A stretch of 64,000 nucleotides of DNA from a virus, in IMG/VR virus record IMGVR_UViG_3300008952_002707, positions 7,183 to 71,182 of that record. One strand, given 5' to 3'. Below, piece after piece: positions 28,964-39,226 of this stretch; the stretch's first letter is position 1, and each line of letters begins with the position of its first letter. The notes under the pieces are model-generated. The model did no database searches. It was not told the DNA's origin and saw only the letters and a program-made list of their open reading frames with translations. The translations under genes and the position numbers were made by a program.

Positions 28964-29971
28964 ATGAAGATAAGCATTCAATCATTCCTTAAAAAAGCAA
29001 CAGATGCCATAGATCTAAACCTGATGTCTGACACAGAGAGGGAGAGTTTTGAGAAGAGGACGCCAGGTGAAAAGGCGCGCTATTTGGGGTTCGGACAGAA
29101 TAACCGACAAAATTTCGATACCCCTTCATATATCCCTCAGACCGGGGATGCCGTCTATCGCAACGGCAACTCGTCAATAGTTCTAGGACTGGATCGTCCG
29201 AGCAATATTTTTTCAGGCTTCGGCGGCAGGAAGAACACCCATTGTGCAGCCATTGATATAGTTGCTGGCAGAATGGGATACCGTGCCGCAAAGCGAACAG
29301 CCGACGGACAGAATATAAATTCAGACCCCAACTTTAAACTAGACGCGTCAAGAGTGTATATCTCTCAGAAATCAGATCCCGATGGGTACTTTGGGTTGGT
29401 TGAGGGAAGCGTGGGTAATACTAGTAAGTCATCACCGCGTAGTACAGTGGCTTTGAAGGCAGACACCCTGCGGTTTATAGCCAGAGAGAATATTAAGCTG
29501 GTCACACGTACCGACAGCCAAAATTCCCAAGGCGCGAACCTGGGAGACGCTTTTGTAGGGAACTATGGTATTGATTTAATAGCCCTGAACGACGATAAAG
29601 ATCTTCAACCGCTCGTAAAAGGCGACTCCTTGGTATCGTGCCTCCAACAAATTATTAAAAATGTTCATGATCTTAGTACCCTCCTTGATAACTATTTAGA
29701 GTATAACCGAATGTTCATGAAGGCAGTCATCAAACACACTCACCGCTCTCCGTTCTTTGGGTACTCCACGGCACCAGATTTTGAAGGGATCTTTCCAGAT
29801 GGTATTGAGTCCTTAATTGACACAGTCACGAATGTTCAGTTGCAATTAAACAGCCACATGCAAACCTTAAACAATGTGGACACTAATCACTTACGGACTC
29901 CGGGCGGCGCTGCCGCTGAAAAGGATGGCAAAAGCCAATATATATTGAGTAGATACAACAACACTAATTAA
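28964..29971 (+). CDS. Putative baseplate central spike (gp5/gpV C-terminal-like)
   Basis: GDAV...NSSIVLGLD, KADTLRFIARENIKL beta repeats, QPLVKGD, HTH (HxH) tip motif. Confidence 0.55.
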   Translation: MKISIQSFLKKATDAIDLNLMSDTERESFEKRTPGEKARYLGFGQNNRQNFDTPSYIPQTGDAVYRNGNSSIVLGLDRPSNIFSGFGGRKNTHCAAIDIVAGRMGYRAAKRTADGQNINSDPNFKLDASRVYISQKSDPDGYFGLVEGSVGNTSKSSPRSTVALKADTLRFIARENIKLVTRTDSQNSQGANLGDAFVGNYGIDLIALNDDKDLQPLVKGDSLVSCLQQIIKNVHDLSTLLDNYLEYNRMFMKAVIKHTHRSPFFGYSTAPDFEGIFPDGIESLIDTVTNVQLQLNSHMQTLNNVDTNHLRTPGGAAAEKDGKSQYILSRYNNTN

Positions 29972-29974
29972 ATT

Positions 29975-32900
29975 ATGCCTGCACAAGTAAATCTAAATAA
30001 AACTTTTTATGATGAACCTATTAAGATTCCCTTCGAAGAGGGGAATATCTCATGGCTGCGGCTGCGCCTGAATAAGGATATTACAACTCCGGAGCAAAAG
30101 ATAGAAAAAGCGGTAAATAAGTACATTACTTATTACTTTCCAGAGTTCTACCGCAATATGCGCGATCCTGACTTCGATGGCGATCAAACTGTCTACAATG
30201 ATCTGCGAGAAACGCTCAAGGGTGTCATCAGTATTGAGAACCCCGGCTACGCGTTGAGACCCCCCTCAAATACTAAACAATTTGTTCTGTTTAAATTAGA
30301 GGCTGAAATGTCCATGCGAGAATTCCGGGTAGCAATGTCTGCAGCACTACCCGATTTCGAAGATAATCTCTTGTTCTTTAATCAGGAGAACAATATCAGC
30401 CAGGACCTCAACGGGGTTACAGAGATAGCACTAAGTTCGCTTGGTACGACGGCCCATAGTATGGGCGCCCTCATGAATAAGTTTGAGGAACAAAAACAAA
30501 ACTATGGCGGCGCCGTTAACGTGTCGGGAGTAGATTTTGGGTTTCTTTCTACATCTATTACGAAGATCCTGGCTCTAATTGTAAAAGGACTAGCCAAAGA
30601 TCTAAAGGGAGTACAGCAGGGCGGACAACATCAGACTAGCTATACGGAGGGAGATGTTCTTACTTTATACTTCTCTAACAAAACAGATGCCCCGGACAAC
30701 CCTCCTCCTCCTGATCCCTTAAATGTGTTTACTAATACTACCACAAGGATAGCTATCACCGCTATGACATATGTGGCAGCCGATGCCACCCCGGGTGTTG
30801 AATTTGTTAAGGTGGGGTACTTCTCACTGATGAAGTATAAAAAAATATTCAGCGACCAGATGACTTTAAAAATCCTGCGAAGAGTGGATGATATCCTTGA
30901 ACAGGAAAGAAACGCCGCCGCAACAGGGCGCCCCATGGGAATGCTTAATTTTATATCAGATATGGCGCTGCAAACCCCTCGTGACGAAGCCGCCGGAGAG
31001 ATGTTCACGTTTCCCACTGAAAATGATCCCAATACCGACAGCGATGCTCTTATTCAAGAAGCGATTCGCCTCAAATACCTAGACCCCACCGATGATCAAG
31101 ACCTTCAGCAAGGAATAAAAGCCCTTACTGATGATGAACTAGCAGCATTACGGCATTCTGTTGAACAAAATCCTGAATTATTTGAGAAAGTGTATCAACA
31201 AGAGAAAAAACAAAAGCTTCAAACCGGAGTAGATGTAACCGACACCATCGGAAAGGCGTTGGAATTTGGACCGTTAGCCCTGTTCGAAGACGGATCTGCC
31301 GTCGACAAGATTATGCAGAAGTTTGGACTAAAGGCATTAGCCAGAGAAGCCATGATTTGTTTGACTTTCGGCTTAAACTTTGAAATACAACGCATCACTA
31401 ACGCAATCGGAGATGTTTTACAAGATGAGCTTAACGAGCCATACAGGTCGACAGAGGAAAACAATACACGATTTGCTTTTGACTTGGAGATGCCGCTACT
31501 TAAGATTTTTTCGATCAAGGGTGATCTCTGGAAAGTAGTACTCGACGCAATTCTTAGTTCGATTTCTGAAGCTCTTATAACTCTCATTCAACAGTTGACC
31601 CAGCTTTTAAAGGAAGCTTGTACCATTCGCAACCCACGCGCGGAAGATTTTGGTTCTGTTGACATCCCAAACTTGCTTGGTCCCACTATTGTCGGACCTA
31701 ACTCTAATTCTCCATTTGGCTTCGGCAATGATGAAAATAGCCCCTTCGGCAACCTTATTGATTTGACTGGCTGTTCCGGAGAGGAGATCCTTACCTATCT
31801 AAATGATGTTTCCGGGATACTGTCGTCAATAGATATTTGTTTGTTGATGCAGTCGGATTTGGCACTCCCCGAGGGTCTCCTTACACGTATAGCTGAATTT
31901 AACGAAACGTACCCTACTCCCTGCATATCTGCCAATCTATCTGACCTCTCCCAGGTAGCAGATTTCTGGAGTATACTTTCTACCATGGCAGACGTAAGTG
32001 AGCTTTGCAACGAGATTATTAATGATTTAATTTATCTAAACCAAAATAACATCTGTCTGACAGAAGACGACCTAGCCCAGCTGTCGCTTGAAGAACAAAA
32101 CAATATTGAAGAGTTGCTCGATCTTATCGAGAATGGCTTTGATGACGCTCCTCCCATCTATAATTTTGATTGCCCGGATGCCGAAAACTTTATTAATGAT
32201 CCTGTTATCACAAGACTTGTTCCAGAAACTCTTAGCGATCTTATTGAATTTGTGGAGATGCAGTTTATCTCGTCAACCGACGCTATAAAGAATGTTTTAT
32301 TGGAGGCCACGCTAGGAGGTCCAGGACCACTGAGCCCCTATGAGCAGGCAGCAGCCAGTTTCGGAGCGGGCTCTCCAACCCCTGAGGAATGGGCGCGCAA
32401 TCCCGACAGCGCCGCCCTCAATGCCATCAAAGACAGGTTTAATGACATTGCTGATGCTACAGGACCAATCCGAGATGCGATAGAAATGTGTTTACTTGAT
32501 ACCCCCGGTCTTTTAAATCCCGAGATTCGGGATGTCGGAAACGCTGTCAACGGGATCATAGATGTTTTAAGAGACCCTGAGGTTCAGGGTGCTTTCGAAG
32601 GCATCGCGACCAAGCTGCAGACTGCAGCGGCTCTCCCACCAAACACACCCATGATTACAACATATGAGTTTAATCAAGAATTCTTTAGGAGATTCTCAGA
32701 TTATATTGATATTACAAAAGCTAAGCGCGGAGTCTCGTCAAAGACTTTCCAGATTCCTAATCATCTATATTCTTATTATACAATGTTCAATAGCCCCGAC
32801 GCGGTGTTTAAAATACAGCTTAGTTTTCCCAAGTTTCACCAAGCAAGCTCTCAACAACGCATTGTACTCCGATATCCTCGTTACGAGAACACTAATCAGC

Positions 32901-35485
32901 CGACCCCTCTTTACTTTAGCTTAAGTGATCTTCTTGAGTCCGACGTCGAAGAACAATTAGAAGACGCCATGGCAGAAGAAACGACCAAAGCCTTAGCCGG
33001 CTCAAATTTACATTTAAATTTGGATGAGTTTGTTGATGCGGTCACTGATCCCGACTCCCAGCAGGGCACCGAGTGGCTCACGGACCCCTACCTAGCAGAG
33101 TCGCGCTTTTTTCCCTATGCTTATGGTCTTTTAACAGATCAGGTATTTGAATATTATGTAGAGAATGGGGTTTTTACTGCCGCCGCCCTCCAGCAACTAA
33201 ACTTTTTCCACGATAATTCAAATTGCCTACCGGGAACGTCAGCTGACCTACTTGATGTCGAGGGCATTTTCAACGAAGTTCAGCAAGAATATATGCAACA
33301 AGCTTGTACAGATGCGACAGTTCCTCCCCGCACACGCATGCGCAGTGTTATGAAATATGCTATGTATCTTCTTTTGGTTCAGGTTCACGTAGCAGAATTT
33401 GTGATCAAAAATATATTCCTTTTTTCTGCAGTACAGCTGAACGAAGTATTCGCTAACGAATTTATTGTTTCGTACATGCGAGATGAGATTCTCGGCTCTC
33501 TGACCCGTTACTTTGAGGGAATTGGAGAAATGGGTACGATTATAGAAATAAAGAACTCCTTGATCGACCTGTTTAATAAAAAGATGATACGACCTATTAC
33601 AGTCCACCAGGGCGGCATACTGGATAATGAGGGGAATGTTGTTTTTCCTCTGGGAACCCGCTTTCTTCGAGCCGAAGCCGAACCGCAGGTAGCCCTGTCA
33701 AAGGCGACCACAGCGACGTTCGAGGACATTATCGATTATCTAGCAATTATAAGGATCCAAGCTTCCATGGGAACGACTACCGATCCCGGACCGGTCTCAA
33801 ATGCTATAATAAAAGCCCTCCCCACACAGAATCAACTCACCCAGGATCAAATCTTTCTATCTTCGATGCCCGTACTACAAGGAATATCCCCAGCAGATAG
33901 TAAAGCTTCTATTGGTGCACTTAAAAGAGACGCCCATCTAGTATTGCCCGGAAAACAAGAAAGAGCCTCCAGCGAAGGAGCTCCCAGTGGCGACAGCGAT
34001 GTTGATTGCAACAATCCTATTCACGTACTGCACCCCGACTGCCGCGACGCCATCCCCTTCTCGGACGAAGATGACGAAGATGAGCCCGGTCCCGTACATC
34101 CCCGCCCTGTTCCTCAAGAAGCTCGGTGGCATTGGCAGAAGCGAGATGCTGCTTTGGAAAAAATAGAAGAGATCCTTAATGACCGGTCACGAATTTTGAT
34201 TACTAAAAATGTGATTGGAACCCGCGCTAAAAACAGCACCGATTTTCCTTTCCTTGAATTTTGGAACCGAACTAAAATACAATACTCATTTTGGATGTAT
34301 GTAGATAAGCTCGGCGGCGATGGTGGCGCTGCACTCTATCAAGGAACCAACACCTCGAAGCAAGACAAGAGAAATATTATTAAATTATTTGATGTGGAAG
34401 ATTTTGACTTTGGACCAGAAGTCGCAGCCCTGTGGGCTCAAGCCGAAGCAGCTCTCGATGAAAATGGCGTCGCGCATGGAGCCCTTAACACTTCAGAGAA
34501 AGGTGCGATTCGCAATCGAGTTGTAAAAAAGTATAAGGTGGAGAGTTTCTCTTCCGTGCTCAACCCCGTCCCTTTTGTGCCGTCGAGCTTAGCCCCGGAG
34601 GAGATGGCCCATATTATTGCCGATCCTAAATACCAGCAATATTTTTCGACAGTTTTTAATAAAGAAATCATTGGAATCGTCCCGATAATACAAAACTTTT
34701 ATTTAACTGATCATTACTTTCCTGCAATTGAGACCACCATGGCATCAACTAAGGATCGAGTTCTAGGTATGATGGAAACGATCTTGCGAGGAGACGATAG
34801 ATATGACGGAACACCGCGCCTCGGGCGCACTGCTGCCTCCAATCATGCCTTAAATAGCAGCGTTTCGATGAGCACGATTGATCCCGAGAGCATGGCTCGC
34901 GACTTTATTTTGAAGATGCTTATTAAAACTCCTATTGACATATTAAAGGGAATACTAGAGATTATAGATCCCCACGTTTCGACTACAAAAATGATTAAAA
35001 CGGGAACCGGAGCTGCCTTTAACGCAATTAGCGCAGTTCTAGCACAAAAGGACCTTCTCAGCGAAGATGATCCGGCGTACCAGGAGGCGCTAGCGTCGGA
35101 TCCGAATCTCCCTCCCGCACCATTTGCCCCCGGCGCCGACGCGGGCGACCTTTTCGTAGCCATTCTCTGTGTGGTAAACCATCTGCTACAAAACCCTCCC
35201 GGGTTCCCGATCATTGACCCTCAGCCGCTTAACCTATTTCCACGTATTAGTATAGATGGCGTTGACTTTTTAGGAACCGGCATGGGGATGTATATGATTC
35301 CACCGACACCTTTAGGGTTTCTTTATCTTCTGTTGCAACTAATTAATTGGGACGCACAGTCAGATGTAGATATTAACCTTGACATTAACTCTCCGTTTGG
35401 ATCGGGGGGAGTCAATGCCAGTGATAGCACAGAGCCGACTGACTGTGAGGAGGCTGAAATTGCTATTGAGGAGACAACGCCATGA
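29975..35485 (+). CDS. Large virion-associated protein (1836 aa)
   Basis: Long acidic, helical ORF between the spike and gp25 genes; no recognisable catalytic motif. Confidence 0.55.
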   Translation: MPAQVNLNKTFYDEPIKIPFEEGNISWLRLRLNKDITTPEQKIEKAVNKYITYYFPEFYRNMRDPDFDGDQTVYNDLRETLKGVISIENPGYALRPPSNTKQFVLFKLEAEMSMREFRVAMSAALPDFEDNLLFFNQENNISQDLNGVTEIALSSLGTTAHSMGALMNKFEEQKQNYGGAVNVSGVDFGFLSTSITKILALIVKGLAKDLKGVQQGGQHQTSYTEGDVLTLYFSNKTDAPDNPPPPDPLNVFTNTTTRIAITAMTYVAADATPGVEFVKVGYFSLMKYKKIFSDQMTLKILRRVDDILEQERNAAATGRPMGMLNFISDMALQTPRDEAAGEMFTFPTENDPNTDSDALIQEAIRLKYLDPTDDQDLQQGIKALTDDELAALRHSVEQNPELFEKVYQQEKKQKLQTGVDVTDTIGKALEFGPLALFEDGSAVDKIMQKFGLKALAREAMICLTFGLNFEIQRITNAIGDVLQDELNEPYRSTEENNTRFAFDLEMPLLKIFSIKGDLWKVVLDAILSSISEALITLIQQLTQLLKEACTIRNPRAEDFGSVDIPNLLGPTIVGPNSNSPFGFGNDENSPFGNLIDLTGCSGEEILTYLNDVSGILSSIDICLLMQSDLALPEGLLTRIAEFNETYPTPCISANLSDLSQVADFWSILSTMADVSELCNEIINDLIYLNQNNICLTEDDLAQLSLEEQNNIEELLDLIENGFDDAPPIYNFDCPDAENFINDPVITRLVPETLSDLIEFVEMQFISSTDAIKNVLLEATLGGPGPLSPYEQAAASFGAGSPTPEEWARNPDSAALNAIKDRFNDIADATGPIRDAIEMCLLDTPGLLNPEIRDVGNAVNGIIDVLRDPEVQGAFEGIATKLQTAAALPPNTPMITTYEFNQEFFRRFSDYIDITKAKRGVSSKTFQIPNHLYSYYTMFNSPDAVFKIQLSFPKFHQASSQQRIVLRYPRYENTNQPTPLYFSLSDLLESDVEEQLEDAMAEETTKALAGSNLHLNLDEFVDAVTDPDSQQGTEWLTDPYLAESRFFPYAYGLLTDQVFEYYVENGVFTAAALQQLNFFHDNSNCLPGTSADLLDVEGIFNEVQQEYMQQACTDATVPPRTRMRSVMKYAMYLLLVQVHVAEFVIKNIFLFSAVQLNEVFANEFIVSYMRDEILGSLTRYFEGIGEMGTIIEIKNSLIDLFNKKMIRPITVHQGGILDNEGNVVFPLGTRFLRAEAEPQVALSKATTATFEDIIDYLAIIRIQASMGTTTDPGPVSNAIIKALPTQNQLTQDQIFLSSMPVLQGISPADSKASIGALKRDAHLVLPGKQERASSEGAPSGDSDVDCNNPIHVLHPDCRDAIPFSDEDDEDEPGPVHPRPVPQEARWHWQKRDAALEKIEEILNDRSRILITKNVIGTRAKNSTDFPFLEFWNRTKIQYSFWMYVDKLGGDGGAALYQGTNTSKQDKRNIIKLFDVEDFDFGPEVAALWAQAEAALDENGVAHGALNTSEKGAIRNRVVKKYKVESFSSVLNPVPFVPSSLAPEEMAHIIADPKYQQYFSTVFNKEIIGIVPIIQNFYLTDHYFPAIETTMASTKDRVLGMMETILRGDDRYDGTPRLGRTAASNHALNSSVSMSTIDPESMARDFILKMLIKTPIDILKGILEIIDPHVSTTKMIKTGTGAAFNAISAVLAQKDLLSEDDPAYQEALASDPNLPPAPFAPGADAGDLFVAILCVVNHLLQNPPGFPIIDPQPLNLFPRISIDGVDFLGTGMGMYMIPPTPLGFLYLLLQLINWDAQSDVDINLDINSPFGSGGVNASDSTEPTDCEEAEIAIEETTP

Positions 35486-35877
35486 AAGGATCTGGATTAT
35501 CAGTAGCACTACCTCTCTCGGTTAGTGATGTTTTTGGTCCCTATGACCTTAACACAACATTTCAGGAGTTAGCCCAACAAAATTTAAAGATGTTGATACT
35601 CACTATTCCTGGTGAGAGGATCATGTACCCGGAGTTTGGTGTCGGGCTGCGAAAATATTTGTTCGAAAACAATGCACCGGACACGTACTCAGAAATTAAG
35701 GGCAACATAGCTCAACAAGTTTCCATCTACCTTCCCTATATTTCATTAGATAATATTATATTTCGAGTGCCAGAAAACAATCCCGACCTCTTCCCCAACA
35801 CCATGTCGGTTGCTATCTTTTTTACAATCACGCCGATTCAGGAGAAGACCCTGCTCGAAATTAACATAAACAACTAA
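35482..35877 (+). CDS. Baseplate wedge/sheath initiator, T4 gp25-like
   Basis: NLKMLILTIPGERIMYPEFGVGLRKYLFE. Confidence 0.9.
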   Translation: MKGSGLSVALPLSVSDVFGPYDLNTTFQELAQQNLKMLILTIPGERIMYPEFGVGLRKYLFENNAPDTYSEIKGNIAQQVSIYLPYISLDNIIFRVPENNPDLFPNTMSVAIFFTITPIQEKTLLEININN

Positions 35878-35893
35878 TTAACAGAGAACCATT

Positions 35894-37693
35894 ATGCCCA
35901 AAAAACTACAGCCCATTGATTATACTAGCCGAGACTTCGACTCAATTCGGAAAGATCTAGAAAACTACGCCAAAAGATACTATCCAGATACTTACAAGGA
36001 TTTTAATCGGGCATCTTTTGGTTCTCTCATGCTGGATACTGTCTCATACGTGGGCGATGTTCTCTCATTCTACCTGGATTATCAAGCCAACGAAAGCTTT
36101 TTAGAAACCGCGGTCGAATATGATAACGTAATCCGACTAGCCCGACAGATGGGCTTTAAGTTAAATCCGAGCCCGTCCTCGTTTGGCGTCCTAACCTTCT
36201 ACATCCAGATCCCCAGCTCCACTGATACTGCCGGACCTGATTTGTCATATGCCCCCACATTGGAAGCTGGTAGCGTCATGTCCTCAACCGGTGGTGGAAC
36301 TTATACGTTATTAGAAGATGTAGATTTTGCTCGTCCGACCAATCAAGTGGTGGTGGCAAATGTCGATAATACGACCGATAATGTTACGAATTATGTCATC
36401 CGGGCTCAAGGTCGAGCATGTTCTGGACAAGTAAGCTTTAGAGAGGTGGATGTTGGGAATTTTGAGAGATTCTTAACCGTTAACTTGGCCACTAAAAACG
36501 TAGCAGAGGTAATTTCGGTAACTGATCTTGAAGGTCACGAGTACTACGAAGTGGACAATCTGTCGCAGAACGTTATCTATAAGGCTGTTAAGAATCCTAA
36601 TACTTCGACCAACGGAACGGTGGCGAGCATCATGAAAGCCGTCCCGGTATCTCGCCGCTTTACGGTGGAGTACAAAGCAGACACAGCATTCCTTCAGTTT
36701 GGTTATGGTTCCGACTCTGAATTACTTTCTGACTCGGTAGTCGACCCGACTAACCTAGTATTAGACCTTCATGGTAGAACCTATGTAACTGATGTCGACT
36801 TTGATCCCACAAAGCTTATTAGTACTGATAAATTTGGAATCGCACCAGCTAATACTACGCTGCGCATAGGTTACCGCGTAAATAATATTAACGATGTAAA
36901 CTCTGGGGTCGGAACAATAATAAATGTAGATAGACCGTCCTTTAGATTCACATCACAGGGATCTCTGGCGCCCAGAACTCGTAGTACCGTTATGTCGTCT
37001 ATAGAAGTAACTAATGATGAAGCCTTCGTGGGGGATATTTCACTCCCCTCATCAGAAGAGATTAAACAGCGAGTCTTCGGCTTTTATGCCGCTCAAAATC
37101 GAGCCGTCACGGTACAGGACTATCAGGCGATATGTTATGGCATGCCAGCTAAGTTTGGTTCTATCAAAAGAGTCGCAGTCGCACGAGACTTTGACGAGCT
37201 TAAGCGCAACTTGAATATTTATGTGATCTCTTCAGATAGCAGCGATAAGCTTGTGACCCCGAACCAGACTCTTAAAAACAATTTAAAAACATGGCTTCTA
37301 CAGTATAAAATAATCAATGATACGGTCGATATCCTCGACGCATCTATTGTTAACTTTGGTATTGACTATCGTGTGGCTATTGATCTAAACACAAGCCGCT
37401 TTGATGTTATCAACAGGGCAAACGTTGCTCTGCGGAATTGGCTTCAAAACAATCAGTATGATATTGGGGAGAACATACAGCTGGTCGATTTCTATAAAGT
37501 TTTGCAGAAAGTTAAGGGAGTTATTGACGTCGTGGGACTTGAGATTAAGGGCAAAGTTGGCGCGACCTACTCTAATCTTGATTATAGCTTCACTAAGAAC
37601 CTATCAGCTGATGGTCGCCGAATTGCTGCCAAAGAAAATATTATTTTTGAACTTAAGTTCCCCAACGTCGATATCAAAGGATCTATTCAATAA
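35894..37693 (+). CDS. Baseplate wedge subunit, T4 gp6/P2 gpJ-like
   Basis: DYTSRDFDSI, LSFYLDYQANESFL.TA, LQFG, QNRAVTVQDY. Confidence 0.9.
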   Translation: MPKKLQPIDYTSRDFDSIRKDLENYAKRYYPDTYKDFNRASFGSLMLDTVSYVGDVLSFYLDYQANESFLETAVEYDNVIRLARQMGFKLNPSPSSFGVLTFYIQIPSSTDTAGPDLSYAPTLEAGSVMSSTGGGTYTLLEDVDFARPTNQVVVANVDNTTDNVTNYVIRAQGRACSGQVSFREVDVGNFERFLTVNLATKNVAEVISVTDLEGHEYYEVDNLSQNVIYKAVKNPNTSTNGTVASIMKAVPVSRRFTVEYKADTAFLQFGYGSDSELLSDSVVDPTNLVLDLHGRTYVTDVDFDPTKLISTDKFGIAPANTTLRIGYRVNNINDVNSGVGTIINVDRPSFRFTSQGSLAPRTRSTVMSSIEVTNDEAFVGDISLPSSEEIKQRVFGFYAAQNRAVTVQDYQAICYGMPAKFGSIKRVAVARDFDELKRNLNIYVISSDSSDKLVTPNQTLKNNLKTWLLQYKIINDTVDILDASIVNFGIDYRVAIDLNTSRFDVINRANVALRNWLQNNQYDIGENIQLVDFYKVLQKVKGVIDVVGLEIKGKVGATYSNLDYSFTKNLSADGRRIAAKENIIFELKFPNVDIKGSIQ

Positions 37694-39219
37694 TGGCTAT
37701 ATTAAGGTACACAGCTAGCGCTGATACTACAATCACAAATGCTTACGAAGCCAACCTGGTTACCCGGGGCTCCGGATCCAATATGGGCTATGCTGATGCT
37801 TTAGAGGTTTTTTCTATTTATGGACAAGAATCCGGGTCTAACGGACAATCTCAAGAACTGTCACGCATTTTAATTGAGTTCCCGGTAAGTGTAATTAGCG
37901 CGGACCGTACCGCGGGAACAATCCCAGCCTCTGGTAGCGTTGAGTTTTATCTTAAGATGTATAATGCGAGGACCCCGTTCACACTGCCTCAGGACTTTAA
38001 TTTAATAGTTGCACCTGTTTCTCAGTCCTGGAATGAAGGAACTGGCTTAGACATGGACGAATACCAAGACCTAGGACAGGCGAACTGGGGGAAACCCACT
38101 TTGGCTGGTGATTGGACCTCCCAAGGAGGAGATTATCTTACTGCCTCCAATTATAATGTCTCCTTCCCCAAAGGATATGAAAATCTAGAGGTGAATGTCT
38201 CAGAGATAATGGAGCGATGGATCGCAGCATCCAATGAGTTCAATAATTATGGATTTGGTATTCGCTTAACAGCTAGCCAAGAAGCTTACTTCTCTAGTTC
38301 CCTCGGTACCGATAGCGGAAGCGTTATTCAAAATACAGTTGGGGCTAAGCAGTCATACTACACTAAAAAATTCTTTTCTCGTTCCACTGAGTTCTTCTTC
38401 CAGCGCCCCGTGATTGAAGCGCGCTGGGATTCTCGGATTGAAGATGATCGCGAAAACTTTTATTATTCTAGTTCCTTGGCACCAGCTGCAGATAATCTTA
38501 ATAAGCTTCATTTATATAACTTGATTCGCGGACGGCTCGTGAATATCCCCGCAGTTGGAACCAACGACCTGCTCGTATCTTTCTATTCTAGCTCGGTTAA
38601 TGGTGTTCCTTCTGGCTCAAAACTTAAGCTCCCCGTCGGCGGCGGTGTTGTTACAGCCGATCATCTAAATGCCACAGCTAGCTACTCAAGTGCTGGTCTG
38701 TACACCGTTCAACTAGCTCTCACAGCTGCCTCCACCCGTCTTTTGGCCGTGCATGATGTATGGCACAGCGGCGGCGTTGAGTTCTTCACCGGCTCAATCT
38801 ATCCTGAGTTGATTCCAACTTATGATTCTGCGCCGACTTTTAATCGTATCACTTCATGTAAAAACTTAAAAAAGAAATACTCCCCGCAAGACACTGCGCG
38901 CTTTAGGTTTTTTGTTCGTGATAGGAATTGGAGCCCGAATGTTTATACCGTTGCGACTGCAAATAACCCTACGGATATTATTCCTAGCGCGTCATTTAAT
39001 ATTCGTCGCATAATTGATAACTATGATGCCGTTCCTTACGGCACGGGCTCAGAAAAGAGTACTTACTTATCTTACGACAAGGAGGGAAACTACTTTGATT
39101 TAAATATGAGTTTGCTGGAGGCAGACTACATGTATGAGATTAGATTATCCTATTATAACGACAGCATAGGATCTTGGCAGGAGCAACCTCAAGCGTTTAA
39201 ATTTAGAGTTGAAGAATAA
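37693..39219 (+). CDS. Virion structural protein with DNRLRE/CBM96-like N-terminal domain
   Basis: ADTTI...NMG...RILIEF...WNEG...W...GGD...NYGF...P pattern; baseplate context. Confidence 0.6.
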   Translation: MAILRYTASADTTITNAYEANLVTRGSGSNMGYADALEVFSIYGQESGSNGQSQELSRILIEFPVSVISADRTAGTIPASGSVEFYLKMYNARTPFTLPQDFNLIVAPVSQSWNEGTGLDMDEYQDLGQANWGKPTLAGDWTSQGGDYLTASNYNVSFPKGYENLEVNVSEIMERWIAASNEFNNYGFGIRLTASQEAYFSSSLGTDSGSVIQNTVGAKQSYYTKKFFSRSTEFFFQRPVIEARWDSRIEDDRENFYYSSSLAPAADNLNKLHLYNLIRGRLVNIPAVGTNDLLVSFYSSSVNGVPSGSKLKLPVGGGVVTADHLNATASYSSAGLYTVQLALTAASTRLLAVHDVWHSGGVEFFTGSIYPELIPTYDSAPTFNRITSCKNLKKKYSPQDTARFRFFVRDRNWSPNVYTVATANNPTDIIPSASFNIRRIIDNYDAVPYGTGSEKSTYLSYDKEGNYFDLNMSLLEADYMYEIRLSYYNDSIGSWQEQPQAFKFRVEE

Positions 39220-39226
39220 TTAGCAT

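Noticed and set aside
29975-35485. 1836-aa protein as tape measure protein
   Set aside because: Acidic and Cys/Pro-rich, without an obvious TMP-like Ala/Gly periodicity; cannot be supported without a search.
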